A stretch of 64,000 bases of DNA, taken from Yuukianura sp. NJ FZ-2021 (Eukaryota). A model generated the notes under the pieces. The model made no database searches and was not told the DNA's origin. It worked only from the letters and a program-made list of their open reading frames with translations. Location of the stretch: the NCBI GenBank assembly GCA_046563655.1, contig CM102286.1, forward strand, positions 1,488,001 through 1,552,000, read 5' to 3'. Below are positions 1 through 13,700 of this stretch, piece by piece. Positions within the stretch are counted from its first letter, which is position 1. Each line of letters begins with the position of its first letter. The position numbers and the translations under genes are program-made.

Positions 1-3000
1 ATTTGTACGAACATTTTAATTTTGGCAAGAGTGCCAAACGCGCTAAAATTTTAAAACTTGAACATAGTAGTATATACAAGCTTAGGAGTATGAAAATGAG
101 CATGAGAATTGTGCGGATTAAGACCATTTTGCCTTGTTGTGAGTTGGTTTACCGTAAATCTACAAATAACACCCTGTTCCCAAATAATTGTTCGCAGTAC
201 CCTCCCCCAAAAGTTGTTGAAAAAATCAGTACCACGCAGCACTATGAGGAGATTTACGGTATTCGGGTATTCTCAGATTCAGAATAATTAATCCCCGACT
301 GTCTTCTTCTTCCAACAGTTTCAGACATTATGGAAATTAATTCTAGTGAAAGTGGAGAGTAAATGACGGAAAGCTTAGACTCTCAGCATAAGAGACTTTA
401 TGAGAAAAGAACTTTGTAAATGAAAACTAAGTACAAATAGTATATACAAGTTCATAATTACAGTGAAACTTTAATTCCAAGCTGCTGAAGTTCATTTTTG
501 GGAAAAAACATCTAAAATATATGTGGGCAAGGATCAAAATGTTGAAAAAAAAACGGAAAAGCCTAAGAAAAAATATAATGAGCAGTCATTACATCATGGG
601 GCTTAACAATTAAGACTTTGTAGGGAAAAGCTTACAAAACTTTTTCAACCTTAAAAAAATTATATTTTTGCAATTTTTCAAAAGCTTAACTAACCTAACT
701 TTGAGTTTTCAAAAACCTAACAAAAGATCGCCCTAAACCTCACAAAGTTGATTTAGAAGCGGAACTAACATGCAGAACTTGTGTACTTTGCCAAAAAATT
801 TCAAAATTCTCATTTTCAAAAGAAATGCAAATGAGCAAAATTAACAGAATACACTCACCCTGTCTTAAAATATAAAAAAAACGAGCATTTTTTCTTTAAA
901 ATTTGAATCGACACATTTTGAATCTTTTGTTAAAAATGTTATTCAAGTTTTGAATTTTTTTAGGTTTATGTTAGACTAGTTGTGTTACGTAATTTTTTCT
1001 AGTTTTAGTTTATTAGTCAGTTTCAAGTTTGGACCAAAAAAAAGTTTGGTGTTCTACTTTTGACTGTTACATAAAATGAAATTGCCGCTTGAAATCCGCT
1101 ACGGTTTATTTTTTTTTTCGCAGTAGGAATTATGTTAAGACGCTTTAAGAACGAGAGACGAACTTAATTTTGTAGAAAGCGAAAGGAGGAGAAAGCTTCT
1201 TTTTATGTCCATTTGTGTATCCATTGCCTCTTGTGTTCTGCGTAATTTCAAACTTTTTTAACATCCTTTCGTCTAAAAGTAAGTTTGGATACAACGACTA
1301 CCTCATCAGCGTTACAAAGTCATTCAAGTATAGTGACGCTGCAGCTTCAAAAGAACAAGCGTTGTGCTTCATTCACTATTAAAACTTGTACTTTTTTGAA
1401 TTTAGAATGACACAGTGTAGTTTCCCGCCTTAGCTAATGTTAATTTCCAAATTGCAAAAGTTTTACTTTCACGTTACTCGATACACTCCCGCTCCCCGAC
1501 GATGGTCCAGTTTCATGGTGTACTTAAACTGAATGACGACTGCTGTTTGAAAAAAATACGCGCCAAAAGAGCGGGAAAAGTCTTAAAAGTAGAAATAACC
1601 AAGCTTATTTTTCGTTTTCATGAGCAGTACAGGGGAGGCGGAGGTGTATTTAATTTAAGAAATGGAAAAATTAAGTAATTGGATGTGAATGAAAAGGCAT
1701 TAGTAGATTAAGGGGATTCGGAAATCTTTTGTTCCTCAATGACAAAGATATAAGAGCAAAGTAGTAAGTTTCAAAGCACAAAAGTTTCTTTAGCAAACCT
1801 AATGTTAACCTAATCCTGACGTTAAATCTTCATTTGAGAGTGGCTCGTAGTAAAAGCTAAACTCAATTAATCAACTTCACCAAATGGCATCTAACCTTGT
1901 TAATCAATGTAAACCTAACCTAATTACAATCACATGCGAACATTTTTGGTTTTACATTAGAGTGAAAAGAGCGGCTAACGTAAATTTTGAACTTGAATTT
2001 AAAAAAAAAACACTTTTTTGTTTTAGTTTTTTGTGACAGAAGGAAACAAAAGAATTTTTTGAGATTTGAATAGCTGGGCGCGAAAATTTTGAGGTGCGAC
2101 GTTGCCAAACTTCGGAAATCAGGAATTTCGCAAGCGGATTTGAGTTGATTATGGCGCGAAAGGAAAAGTTTTGAAAATTAATGAAGGTAAGAATGAGATT
2201 TTCCCCATTGGAAACTTTCCCCATCAACAAAACTCTGAGAAACTATACTTAATTTATGAAGTTACCAAAATCTCTTCCAGTTGAACAGGATTTTCAAATT
2301 ATTAAACTCGCGCTCTACAGTTAGAAATGTAAGTGCCGTTTAATCAGATCTCATTCAACAAGGATTTAAGGGATTACGAACGACAAAGTTTCAAAAACTT
2401 TCATTTTGGCGCCAATTTTTCCAACAAAAGATTTTCCCAACTTCATAATTTTCAAATTGAAGAAGATTATTTTCCACTAATTCAACAACTGTCAAAACAG
2501 AAAGCAGGAAAAATATTTTAAACTTTCATTTGAATTTATTTCTAGCAAATTCTTCTAAAATTATTCTGTTTTTGCGAGTTCTCATGTTTGAAATTTTTTG
2601 AGTAACTCCTAAACTCCAACTTTTTAGCGCCCTAATAACTTTTTTGTGTGTTAAAACTAATGTTAAGAATACGCGTCTTAGGAGCGAAAATAATTCGCGC
2701 CAAGTATTAAAAACTTTTGTTCTAGTCTTAGCAAAACGACTTTTGGTTTGACCCTGGAGGCCTCGACGGCTTTTATGGCTTGTAACTTTCCACTAACAGA
2801 CAATTCTTCACTTGGCGCCAACTTTCAAAACTTTCAAAAATAATTTTTGAAGAACTTGTTCAAACCATAATTTCATTTTCAGAAAATCTACTTTGTGCGT
2901 AACTTCTCACTTTGAAAATTTAGACTTTGAGGTATCGAACTTTGTGAAAGTGGTGTACATTTTCAAAAATTCCATTCTGGCGCCAACTTTTCCCGCTTCG

Positions 3001-3633
3001 ACGCACAAGCCCAATTACTTAAATGACTCTGACGCTGACTAAATATGAATAAGAAGAATGGATAGCGCAGTTTGGAGGGATTAAAGTTCCAGCAAAACGT
3101 CGGCCTTTTCTCCACTTTCTCTTCTGTTATGAATGGCACTAGGCAAAAAGCCAACTTTTTCCTCAACTGGAGTCCCTTCTTTTGTAATGGTGATGATTTC
3201 AAGCGAATCTCGGGCTACAACGCGGGAAAAAAAACTTTCTTTTTGAAAAACTCCCGCAGTGAAAAAAGGCCCAGAGACCCGTGACCCCCTCATTTTCAGA
3301 CAATAGACTTCGCTGATGCGAACACCGAAAAAAAATTTTTTTTGGCAACCGATTTTTCACCGACTTTTTTCTTCCTCTTTTTTTCTATGTTCCGCAGTGT
3401 AGCATAACCCGCGAACACTAGTTTTTCAAAAAAAAAATTTCCAAGCAAATGAGAGCGGCCAGGGTCAAACCGCCTGCTGGCGGCACATTTAAAATCTCGT
3501 TTCCCGCTCATGAACATTATGAAACCCATTTTCATAAAGTTGTTGCGTTGTGAACCCTGACTAATGACCTCCGTACTCTAAATCCTAAAACATAATAACA
3601 TAACAAAAACGAAAATTTAACATTACCATTCGC

Positions 3634-3826
3634 CGGATGGACAAAACATTTCATCCATACAAATCAAATCGAAAATGGGGACTGCACGAGGCTTAGGAAA
3701 GTAGGGGCTGCCTGAGGGTTTAATTAGTTTCAGCCGGACAAAACATTTCGTCCACTCAAATCGAAAGTAGAGGTTGCATGAGGATTTAATTAGTTTCAGC
3801 CGGACAAAACTCAATTTCGTCCATCC
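3634..3826. repeat. Short composite repeat with ~67-bp tandem units and imperfect terminal inverted repeats
   Basis: taattagtttcagccggacaaaac occurs twice and ggacaaaac three times; ggatggacaaaa at the left end is inverted relative to tttcgtccatcc at the right end. Confidence 0.5.
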
Positions 3827-3998
3827 ATTACTGGATTTTGTCTAAATTGAACATTTTATCCAATGGACACTTTTTAGATAGTTACAAAATATGCAACTAC
3901 AAATATGTACCGTACAAAATGTCGAAAAGTGGATTATCTAGCAAAACCGCGGAAAGAAAAACCTTACTTAACCTTGATTTTTGATTTCTTTCTTACAG

Positions 3999-6900
3999 TT
4001 GAATACTCTACTAGTGATTCTCTCTCTCCGTCACTTATTGGCTCTTAGAAAAGTCTGGGAAGAGCCAATGTCATTAGAGGAAGAAGTTCTGGACGAAAAG
4101 GCGGTCAGTACTGGCATCCGGGCGTCGGCCATGTTATTGCCACTTTTGGCCATCAGCTGGTTCCTGGGCGTCGTTGCACTCGAGAATCCAACTTCCATTT
4201 TTTTCCAAGTCGTTGCTGCACTCGGAAACATTGCCTTGGTAAGTTAACCTAAGCTTAGCCTAATCCTTAACCTAACATTACTCGTAACCTAACCTTTTAT
4301 ATTAGGAAAATAACACAGGCAGGGTTTTTGTGGTTGAGTTAATTGAATCCGACATGCCACACGAAGGTCTGGAGCTCCATTGTTGTCATTCTTTGAATTC
4401 CATTTGACACCGTCCGTTTTCCTCCACTTTTCTACCAAATATTTTCTGAAACTCGTACAAACAAATGGCTAGGAGAAAGTTTTTACTCTTTTCCGTCTCT
4501 TTTTCTCTTTAATTTATCGTTCTCCTCTGCTTTGCAATTTATTTTCCCGCCAAAACTATTGTTATTGTGTTTTGCGTCTTGTTTTTCACAGTGGTCGTCC
4601 GATTCCTGCTTTCCTATTCCTATTTTCCAAAAAAAAAGTTTTAGGTGAGATTTTTCAATGAAAAGTTTGCACTTTTTACTACAACTTTCTCCTTGCTTTC
4701 GTAAAATGACAAATGGAAAGTGAAAGAACTTACGACGGTGTTAGTATTTTAAAAAGTTTTCTTTTAAAAAATTTTTTTTTTCAATTTTTTGAAAAACGAA
4801 TGTGAAGGTTCACAAATGTTTGCTTGCTGCTGAGTTTTACCGTTTTTTTTTTGGGAGAGGTTTTTCAATTTTGAAAACTCGTAAGGTTGGCGCTCTGAGA
4901 AGATTTTTGGTTTGAAATTTGTTGAAGTAAGGCACACACTAGCGACTTGTTTTTCTTAGCTTGAAACTTTTTTGGCGCCAAATTCAACCTGATGCTCAAC
5001 CTTTCCTTACGTCAACAACAACTCTTGAATATTTTAGATTTTGGACAAACTTAGAAACGACTTCTTAGGAAAACTGTCACAAGATTCCTGTAACGAACTT
5101 TTCCAGTGGTAAACATCAATCCAAAAGTCCATTAGAGACAAAAAGCTCTTTGACATTACTCATTTAAACTGTAGACTTTTGAAAACACCATTTTTTGAAA
5201 ACTCTAAGTCAAAGTTGCTTGACTTGTAAACTATGATTCTGGTTCTGGTAAACCAAAGCTAACTTACCAGAAAACTTAAATTTCTGGTAGCTTTTGTGCC
5301 AAATTCCATGCCGGTACTAATTTATTAAGTCAGTGCAAAATTTGAGAAATGAAGTTCCAAGATTAGTGTCAGGTTGTGACACTTAGCCTTTCATTTTTTG
5401 ACACTTTGATCTTGTAACTGCTTCTGCTAGTCACATGATGTAAAGATGTGTTTGCGTATCGCATGAGTTTAAAAAAAATGTTGCTCGAGAAGCAGGAAAT
5501 GAAAATTTTGTTTGCTTTGAATTTTTTTTAAAGCTTGGAAATTGGAATTTGATGGGTTGATCCGCGCCGCCAACGGAAGTCTAGAGAGGCTTTTCAGAAA
5601 ATTTCCCGGAAATTTGATTTAAAAAAACTTATATGTTTTTTTTTTCGAAAAGGCTTCTCTTTTTTTGCTCTTTTATATCTCAATCCATAGATTATGATCT
5701 GATTGACACGAATTGGAAAAAGCAGGTTGCTCCCGGCAACGCTTTTTTTTACATCAAGCCTCTTAGGATAAAAACCACACATACTCACATAGCGTAACGG
5801 AGGGCTGCAGTGATTGATGACTTGAACAAAGTAAAAACGAAAGTTTGTTTTTTTTTTTTTAGAAAAAGCGCGGCAAGGAAGGGAAGTGAAAAATATTGTC
5901 CAAAAAATTCAGAAATCGCATTTTTCGAAAAACTTCATCATCGTTATTCAGTTGATTTTGTTAGTGTTACGACGATGCATGACGAAGCTGAGTTATAGTT
6001 TTTTTTTCAAAATTTGCACTTTTTTTCTAAAATGATATCCATAGGGTAAAATGGTACCATTTTAGATTTTTTTTCACAATTATAATCCAATGAGGTAACT
6101 TTAACTTTGTAATCCATTTTGAAAATGGCATTACAGAATATGCAGGTTCCAAAAAAAGTTAGGCTTCAACGACGCCTAACTTGGCCTAACTAAATTCAAA
6201 ATTTTATAAACCTATTATCTTCCATAGTAAAGGTTATGTGCTTTCCAAAATTTGAATTTCCCTCCACTTTTTTTTTGAAAATTAGGTTTAAGCTCTCCTC
6301 CCTCACCTAATCCACCATGGAAATACTCCAACATAGTAAAAGCATGTTGAACTTTGGTTGCACCGTTAGCGTAGGCTGCTCTTGTGTCTTAAGTGAGCTT
6401 ACCGTTCTGGTAAAACGCTCTACATAAAAATTTATCGCTTCCTTTCCTCAACATGAAGTCGATTCGAGGGAGAAAGTGGTGAAAGTTAGGCAAAGTGGCT
6501 TAGGTGACTCAATTTGGAAGCTCAGAAGATGATATGTTCTGAACAAAACTTAGAAAAAGTGAAAGTTATACGAGCTAACCTAAACTTAGGTTCCAAAAAA
6601 CTAGACAAAGTTAGGAAGACTTAACTCAATTAAGGGCTCCCCTCGTTCTCAAAAAAAGTTCCAAACTGAGTTTTCTTCTGGTTGGAAAATTCAAAATTCG
6701 ATCATGATTCCAATCAGGAAAAGAGCTTCTCAACACATTTCCATATTGATGGGAACACAAAATTTCAAAAAATGGCGCCATTTTCTCCTCAACACAAAAT
6801 CCAGTCTCTTCGTCCTAGTTTTCCAAAATCCTGATGGCACAAAGTACTCCTTGCAGAAAGTGAAAGTAACACTAAAAAAATCAGCGAATTCAAAAATTGA

Positions 6901-7758
6901 TTTCTTTGACATTCAATTTCAGAATTTTGGAGAAAAAAAAAGCGGCCAATTTTTCTCCCTTGAAATTTTTATTCACTCACTTCAAAAATTTCCCAGAGAT
7001 GCGGAGATGTCAAACCTTAAATTCAAAAATTTTTAGTTTTTTTATCGCATTGTTTTTTTTTTCTTTGTTGTCCTTTTTTTTTGAATTTGAAAAACGCGGG
7101 AATCCGCCCACGCGGTTTGTCTTTTTATTAATAAATGATGGATGACACTTTGGGGATGAAAAATGGAGAGACTCGCAAAATTTTTTGCCACTTTGGACCA
7201 CTTAAGGTCTGTCAAATGCGTTTTCTTCCAGAAATGGACTCTGGAGACTTTTTGTCACTTTGTCATTGATCAATATTGTGACATGTTTTGGGCTTCACGT
7301 TCTGGACAACAAACAGTTTATTGTCCAAATGACCTCAATTTCCCCAATTCTGCGCAGAATCTAAAAAACTTTTCTGATGACAAAATTTTACTTTTGTCTA
7401 ACTTATTTTCTCTTGTGTGGCCAAATTCTTGCAGAGTTGGCTTGTGATGTACTTCTTGGGAGATGAAATTTGGCCCGACATCTGTTCCTGTCTATTTGTC
7501 CAGCACCAGAGCACGACGCAGTCGCATTTGTCATCGTCAATTGAAGAATCTCCAGAAAATTTGAGTGTCCAGCCTTCTCAGAGCATTCAACTGTCGCTTG
7601 AGCCAGACCAATCGCTGGACGCTGATCCAGCCGAGGCCCTTCCAGGCCCCTCGACAGCCCTCCGTTGGCCAAACAAAAATCGGTTCAACTGGACTCGGCC
7701 TGGTGGCAATGAAATCTATGAATTGAGTCATGACGCCATCAGCACAATCTACAAATGA
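3999..7758 (+). CDS. 3' part (TM5-TM7 and C-tail) of a class B / adhesion-type GPCR; exons 3999-4238 and 7435-7758
   Basis: ttcttacag|LNTLLVILSLR...GIRASAMLLPLLAISWFLGVVAL...FFQVVAALGNIAL|gtaagt joins in phase 0 to ttgcag|SWLVMYFLGDEIW...TIYK*. LLPLLAISWFLG resembles the class-B TM6 signature LLPLLGxxWxxG. Upstream exons not found in the window. Confidence 0.75.
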
Positions 7759-10700
7759 ACGTGTCCAAAATTTCTAAAAACGAACTTTCGTGTCAACCGA
7801 TGTGAACGTGCCAGTCATACTAAGGGCCCCCTTGTCTCCTGCGCCCTTAACTTTTCTTCAAGGCTTAAAGCCCCTAGACAAAAGACAAACTCTTCATTTC
7901 TGGAAGAAAAAAATGTAAGTTTGTAGAGGTAGAACATACAAAAAATAAACTTGAACTTTTTTTTTTTGCAAAGTTTCCTGGTTTTACGCCTTGACATTTT
8001 AGGCAACATAGCTTGTACTACACAACGCGTAGATTTTTTTCTTATTGAAAAAAACTTCTGTTGGGCAAACATTATTGTCCAACTTTTGGATTTTTTGAGA
8101 ACCCTAACAAAAAAGTTACGTAGAAAATCAAACAACAATTTTAAAAGTTTCCGGAATCCGGAGCAAAAAGTTCATTTTTAGAAAAAGTTTTTTTTTTCGT
8201 TCGTGCGTTTTTGAGAAAAAAAAACTGGAGAAAAAATTACAAGTTTGTATGCTGCTGCCAAAAATTTTCAATTTTCGTGATGTAAAAGTTTATAAGCATC
8301 ACTTTTTCAAAAAAAAAATATTGTATTAGTTGAGTTTCGGTGAGTCAAAAATACATGTGAAAGTTGGATATTTTGACTAGAAATGAAAGTTTTATGAAAA
8401 AGTTACTGTGTCGACAATACCGATTCAATTAAACAATTATAGATCCTGTTCAACGGTTTTCAGCAAACTAAGAATGTTAAAAATGACCATTCAAAATTTC
8501 GTTAAATTATAATTAGTTGTATTATTACGGTATAAATTACTATCAAATGTACTAAATAGTAAAATTATTGAACAAAAGAAGTGGATGACAAATTTAGGGG
8601 ATTTCAGATAGTGACGCTTAATGTTAAACTACAACCGAACATTGTAACGGAATTAAAGATTTTAAGATTGGTGCATTGTATTGATTGCTTAAAATAAAAT
8701 ATATTATAATATAACATCTAAAGTTTACATACAAAGTTCAAAAAATTCTCTCCCAAGAATTCTAAGCAGAACACAAACAACTTCACTGACCTCGAGTTCA
8801 CCAACGGTGATAAACCTTAAGATGTTTTCGAAAAGTCAAAAAAATTCTAACCTTGTCGTCATAAATTTCAATTTTCTGTTTATAATTTTCTAACGTTAGC
8901 ACTAGAATTGTCGGCTCGACAGGACTTTAATGAAGATACATTACATTTTACGTATTAAAACGTAAAACTTAAACGCAAAACGTAAAAAAGTAAGTCTGTT
9001 TCACGCAATGACATCATTCATGCAATGAGCTATGTACCTCAAAATGATTTATGATTTGTCGCTTTTAAAAAAAGTTAAAATGTTTAACGTAACGTTTTGT
9101 TCAATTTGTTAGGTATTTCTTTACAATTTAATTTTGTCAACAATTTCTATATTACTTTTTTATTTCACATTTCTTATTACATAGAGAAATGCTGAGCAAT
9201 TACTCTAAAAACTCTAAACATTTTCAGACTTTGTTTAATAACTTTTCCTGCCTCAGGCAGTTTCTCCTTTGTAGAGCAACAAACTTACTTCCACAAATTC
9301 TGTACAAAATGTCCAATTTAAACCAACAACCAAGCGCCCACCATTTTGATTCTTCATCTCATTATTTCCTGTGCTGCAAAGCCAACAAACAGCGGAACTG
9401 AAGCGGGTAAGTTCAAAAGCCACTCCCGTCATGTCATATTCCTTCCAGCCACAATTACAAGATTACAAACTTTTGACTCCAACAGCCTCCCATTCATTCC
9501 AAATTTGAAATTCTGTACAGCTTTATTCTGAAACTATGAAATCCTTGGTCCGTTTTGTCTCTCATTAAATACTAAATGGTAGCTACCATAATGGTTTAAT
9601 TAAAGGCTCCAACGACCTTAGGAAGCACAGGAATCTGGGCCAAAGGAGCAGGAAACAGCCATAGAGACTTTCTCTTCCCTTTAATTAACTCATCCCACCC
9701 CAACATTTTCAAATTCAAAACTTCCGCCTTTATGCCCTCACGGAATTCCCTCCTTTCACCTCTCTTCTATTCACTCAATTTTCAGTTTGGACGGAACAAA
9801 TTTTGGCAAATGAAAAGCAGCAGCTTCTTATTTTTTAACATTCCCGCTCTCTATCTCTCCAAAAACTCAAAACCTTCAACCCTAATTAGTTTCAGTTTTC
9901 AACATTTTTTTTATTTTAAACTTTGAATTTTGTGCAAGGGTGGAAGGATTTCTAAATCAGTCAAGAAAATGTGGTTTTATTGGGGGAAATTTAAAGTTTA
10001 CAAAAACCAAAATTTTCAAATATAATTTCGAATTCAAAAATAACAAAAATTTTGCAGTAGTTTGTTTATAAGGATTTGGAGTTTTCTACTTTCGCTCAAT
10101 TTTCCTCATTTTTTTTTAAGTTTGAAAAATGTTCTGGTATGATCTTGTAAAGGAGTTATAAATTTTTTGGGTGAAGTTAGTTGCTTTTGCTTTGTTAAAT
10201 TGCACTAATCGATTAATTGAAGAGTGGTTTTAATCATGCAAAAATCTTGGTTGTAGTATACGTTGTTCATCCAGATTTGCTCGAGGGGGTTTTGTTTGTT
10301 GAGATTCTTAAGCAACAACATGGTTAATTTTGAGTCCGGAAATGAAAGATGTGTTACATAATTAATTTTTTGCTTTTTGTTTAAGAATTCTGAGTAGTCT
10401 TTTAGTAAAAAAATCACAAAGAATTTGTAATGAAAACAAACTTTCTCATTCTTTGTTTAAACAACTTCATTTTAATCTCTAGACGCGCTCTACTTCCTTT
10501 TGAGTTTTAATTTTTTCAAAGAGACTCGCACTTTTACTGTAAAAAAATGTTTTAATCTCTGATGTTAAATTCTTCAACTGTGTGACAAATTCAAAAAACG
10601 GCGCCTTCATGTTCTCTTAGCACCTTTTTCTCCATTTAATTAATTTGGTATTTTCAAAAAGTGACATAATTCCTTCTTTTTAGAGTCGCGGAAGTGAAAG

Positions 10701-13700
10701 TTTCAACTTTCACTTTCAGTTGCCCCAAGAGAAAGCAAAAAAGAACAATGAAAAGGCACTTTGCTCATGTTTGAACTAAAACGCGCGGGCTTTTTGAAAC
10801 GGAACAAAAGGCTTCCTCCCCCGCTTTCGTTTTTTGGCACATCGCTACTCTGTTCTCTTATTTTGTTCAAAAAAGTAGTTAGAAATGGATCTTCTTTTAT
10901 ATGGAAAGTGGAAAATGAAGATTAAGTGCCGCGGAAATTTTTCAATCTTCCTAATTAACATGTCAAAAGACTTTCACTTTTGTCAAATGTCACAAACTCT
11001 CATCTTTTATCCTCAAAGTTTTGTTCGCGTTACTAATTTTTAGCACTAACTTATATTTTAATAAACTTTTAAACATTTCCTACTCTTGTTCAAAAATTAT
11101 CGTTTTTGAAAATGTTGAAAATTACTTCATAGAAAGTTTTGGATTAAACAAAAGGAGAGTTTCAATTTGCGAAAAATTTATAAATTGCGGCATTATCTAG
11201 TTATCGAAATATTTTAAATTGGCCGTAAAATTTAAATTTCAAATTTTAATTTCCTTAAAACTAAAGTTATCTTGCTTGACATGCTGAGAAATTCGCAGTT
11301 GTGTTAAATTATGCTTAACTCTAGACCGAAAACTGACAGTTTTGATATGTCGTTGAGTCAACAAAATGCTTCCGAGAGATTACGGGAGCAAAACGTGGTT
11401 GGAAGGACCAATCGAACTACTTTGTGTGCGAGGAAGCAACTGGCGGAAAATTTGAACATAAATTTTATGATGTTCAAACATTGTTAAGAATTTGCCACCA
11501 AAATCGCCAAAGAAAGTTTCAATTTTTTAACTTACGACGTTATACAATCTACGATAAAATCCAAACGTTTGCAGTTTTCTAAACCAAGCTTAGCTGTTTT
11601 TATAACCGAAAGGTCATTGACCTCTGAAGTATTTACAGCCTTTGGGGTTTGAATTAAATTTTGTGGGAAATTTAAAAAAAATTGGGTGGATTCAAAGGCA
11701 AAACCCTCCTAAATTTTTCCCACTCAAAGTTTTGAATTCCGGTAAGGTGCTAGTTGAATAGTACCGAAAACCGAAGTTATTGTCAACCGGAAAATTCCAA
11801 TTCAAAAAAAAAATGGCGGGAAAGTATTTTTCGTGGGTATTTTGTAAGAAAAAAACGAGATACAATTTATTTAACTTTGTTCAAACACTTATCTTTCCTC
11901 TTCAGTTAGTGGCCTTTTGGCCTTATTTTTGTTTTATGAGAAAATGAAACTTTTTTTCTGGTTCTGGCGCGAAACTCACTACAGAAAAGCGGGAAAGTTT
12001 GAAAATAGTTCGAGTTTCCTTTAGGTACCACCAAAAAAAGCAATAAGGAAATATTATTACTATTACGCTTCAAGGAAGCACATTTTTATGTTCAAAAAGG
12101 TTAAACAAAAGGCCGTTAGCCGTTACCGTAAATAAAGCACGCGTTCTCTCAAATTTATTAGTTTCAATTCTGCCGCCCAGAACCACAAACTTCCTTATTT
12201 GATGATCAAACTTTTTCAAAATTTCAAAACTTTAAACAAAAAGTTTCAAAATTGAGGCCGGAGGCTTTTTTGGTACTCGTAACATTCCGGTGGTGTGTGG
12301 TTGTGGGCTTTCCACTTTAACAGAATTCGGCACAGTTTTCAAAAAATAAAAAGATTCTATTTTTTGGACAAATTGTTCAATTTGCAGGAGAAGTTGAAAA
12401 AAATGCTGAAAGTAGAGAATGCTTAGCAATTGAAGTTAAGTTGGGCAATTACATGCTTAATTGCAGCTTAGAAAGTAACAATTGTGTAACTTTTAGACAA
12501 ATGATAAATTTTGATCAGGTCAAATCCATTTTGTAGCACTGAGAACACGACTTTCGTCTCAAAAGTTGTATCGGCACGTATAGTTCCATTCCCGAGACAC
12601 CCGAAAGTTCTGGACGTGACACAAGGTTTAATTGACCAACGACTTGAGCTCGCGCGTTTCCAAATGTTACGCACGACAGAACCGTCGTTTTATGTTTCAT
12701 TTCGTTTTTTTGAAAAACCTTGATCAAAAACCCAAAGAGCGTGAACGTGGTTTTGTGACACACCAAAGCGTAATACATCTCTAATTAAACTTTTTCCTGC
12801 CCTTGTTAGCTCCAATCCAATCAAAAAAGCTTTCACTACTAAACTTACTTTTGTTAACAAAAGATTTGCCCTTGTTCTGTCAGCTTTAAATTTTGCCGCC
12901 TCTGCTTTTTCCAAAATCCTCCAAAACTAATCCGCTTTTTGAAGTTCGAAATTTTGGAAAACCGGAGGGAATTTTGGACTTAATGTAATGAACTTAATTA
13001 ATTTTAATTACAACAAAGTTAATTCTAGAAAATTAGTTTAAAAAAATCAATTTTTCAGGCAAAATTTTGACAACGTGATCTAAATTTTCAAATATTTTAA
13101 GAATTCAAAGCTCAGATGAAACTGTGAAAATTTGAAGCGACTTGCTCAGGATTCATGAACTATGGATACTCGTCTCTGGGGTAATTTGAAATTTCCCGCA
13201 CTTTCAAAATTTTGAATCCACTTCTGAGGAATATGGTGGGACACTAAATCATTGAACCAAATACTTGATTCATGGCACATTCACTTTAGTTCAGGTTGGT
13301 TACTATAGTCTACGTCTATAAAAGTTATAGACTAAAGACTAAAAAAATCAAACTTTTTGTTCCTGCAGGACGAAAAAAAAGTTCTGCCTTATTAAACTTA
13401 TTGACCTCTGGGGTCATAACTTTCTCCCAAGAGAAAAGCCCGCCAATTTTTTTTTCTTCTTTGAAAACTAAAGAAAAACGGGAGAAGAATATTATATTTG
13501 ACCTTTCCACAAAAAAAGAGTAAGAAAAAGCAACAAGGCAAATAATAAATCTTGTGATTTTTTCCCAAAGTCTCTAAAACCCTCTACTCGATCATACATT
13601 TTCTCATATATTCTGTTTTTTCCTGCTTTTTCACAATTCGTTAACATAAATCATCCAACGACGATGTTAGAAAAAGAGCAACGAAAAAAGCTCCTTATGG

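Noticed and set aside
3..291. Overlapping short ORFs at the window start
   Set aside because: No recognisable motif or splice context; cannot be linked to the GPCR.
3390..3485. tRNA or SINE-like A/B-box words (tagcataac; ggtttgaccctgg, also at ~2744)
   Set aside because: No cloverleaf can be folded and the boxes are interrupted by an A/T tract.
4245..4295. CCTAA/TTAGG telomere-like words here and scattered elsewhere
   Set aside because: Short, degenerate and dispersed; not a tandem telomeric array.
11348..11583. Stop-free frame containing KCFREITGAKRGWKDQSNYFVCEE, reminiscent of a C-type lectin end
   Set aside because: No start codon or compatible upstream exon, and the W-to-YFVCE spacing is too short; chance or an unrecognisable relic.
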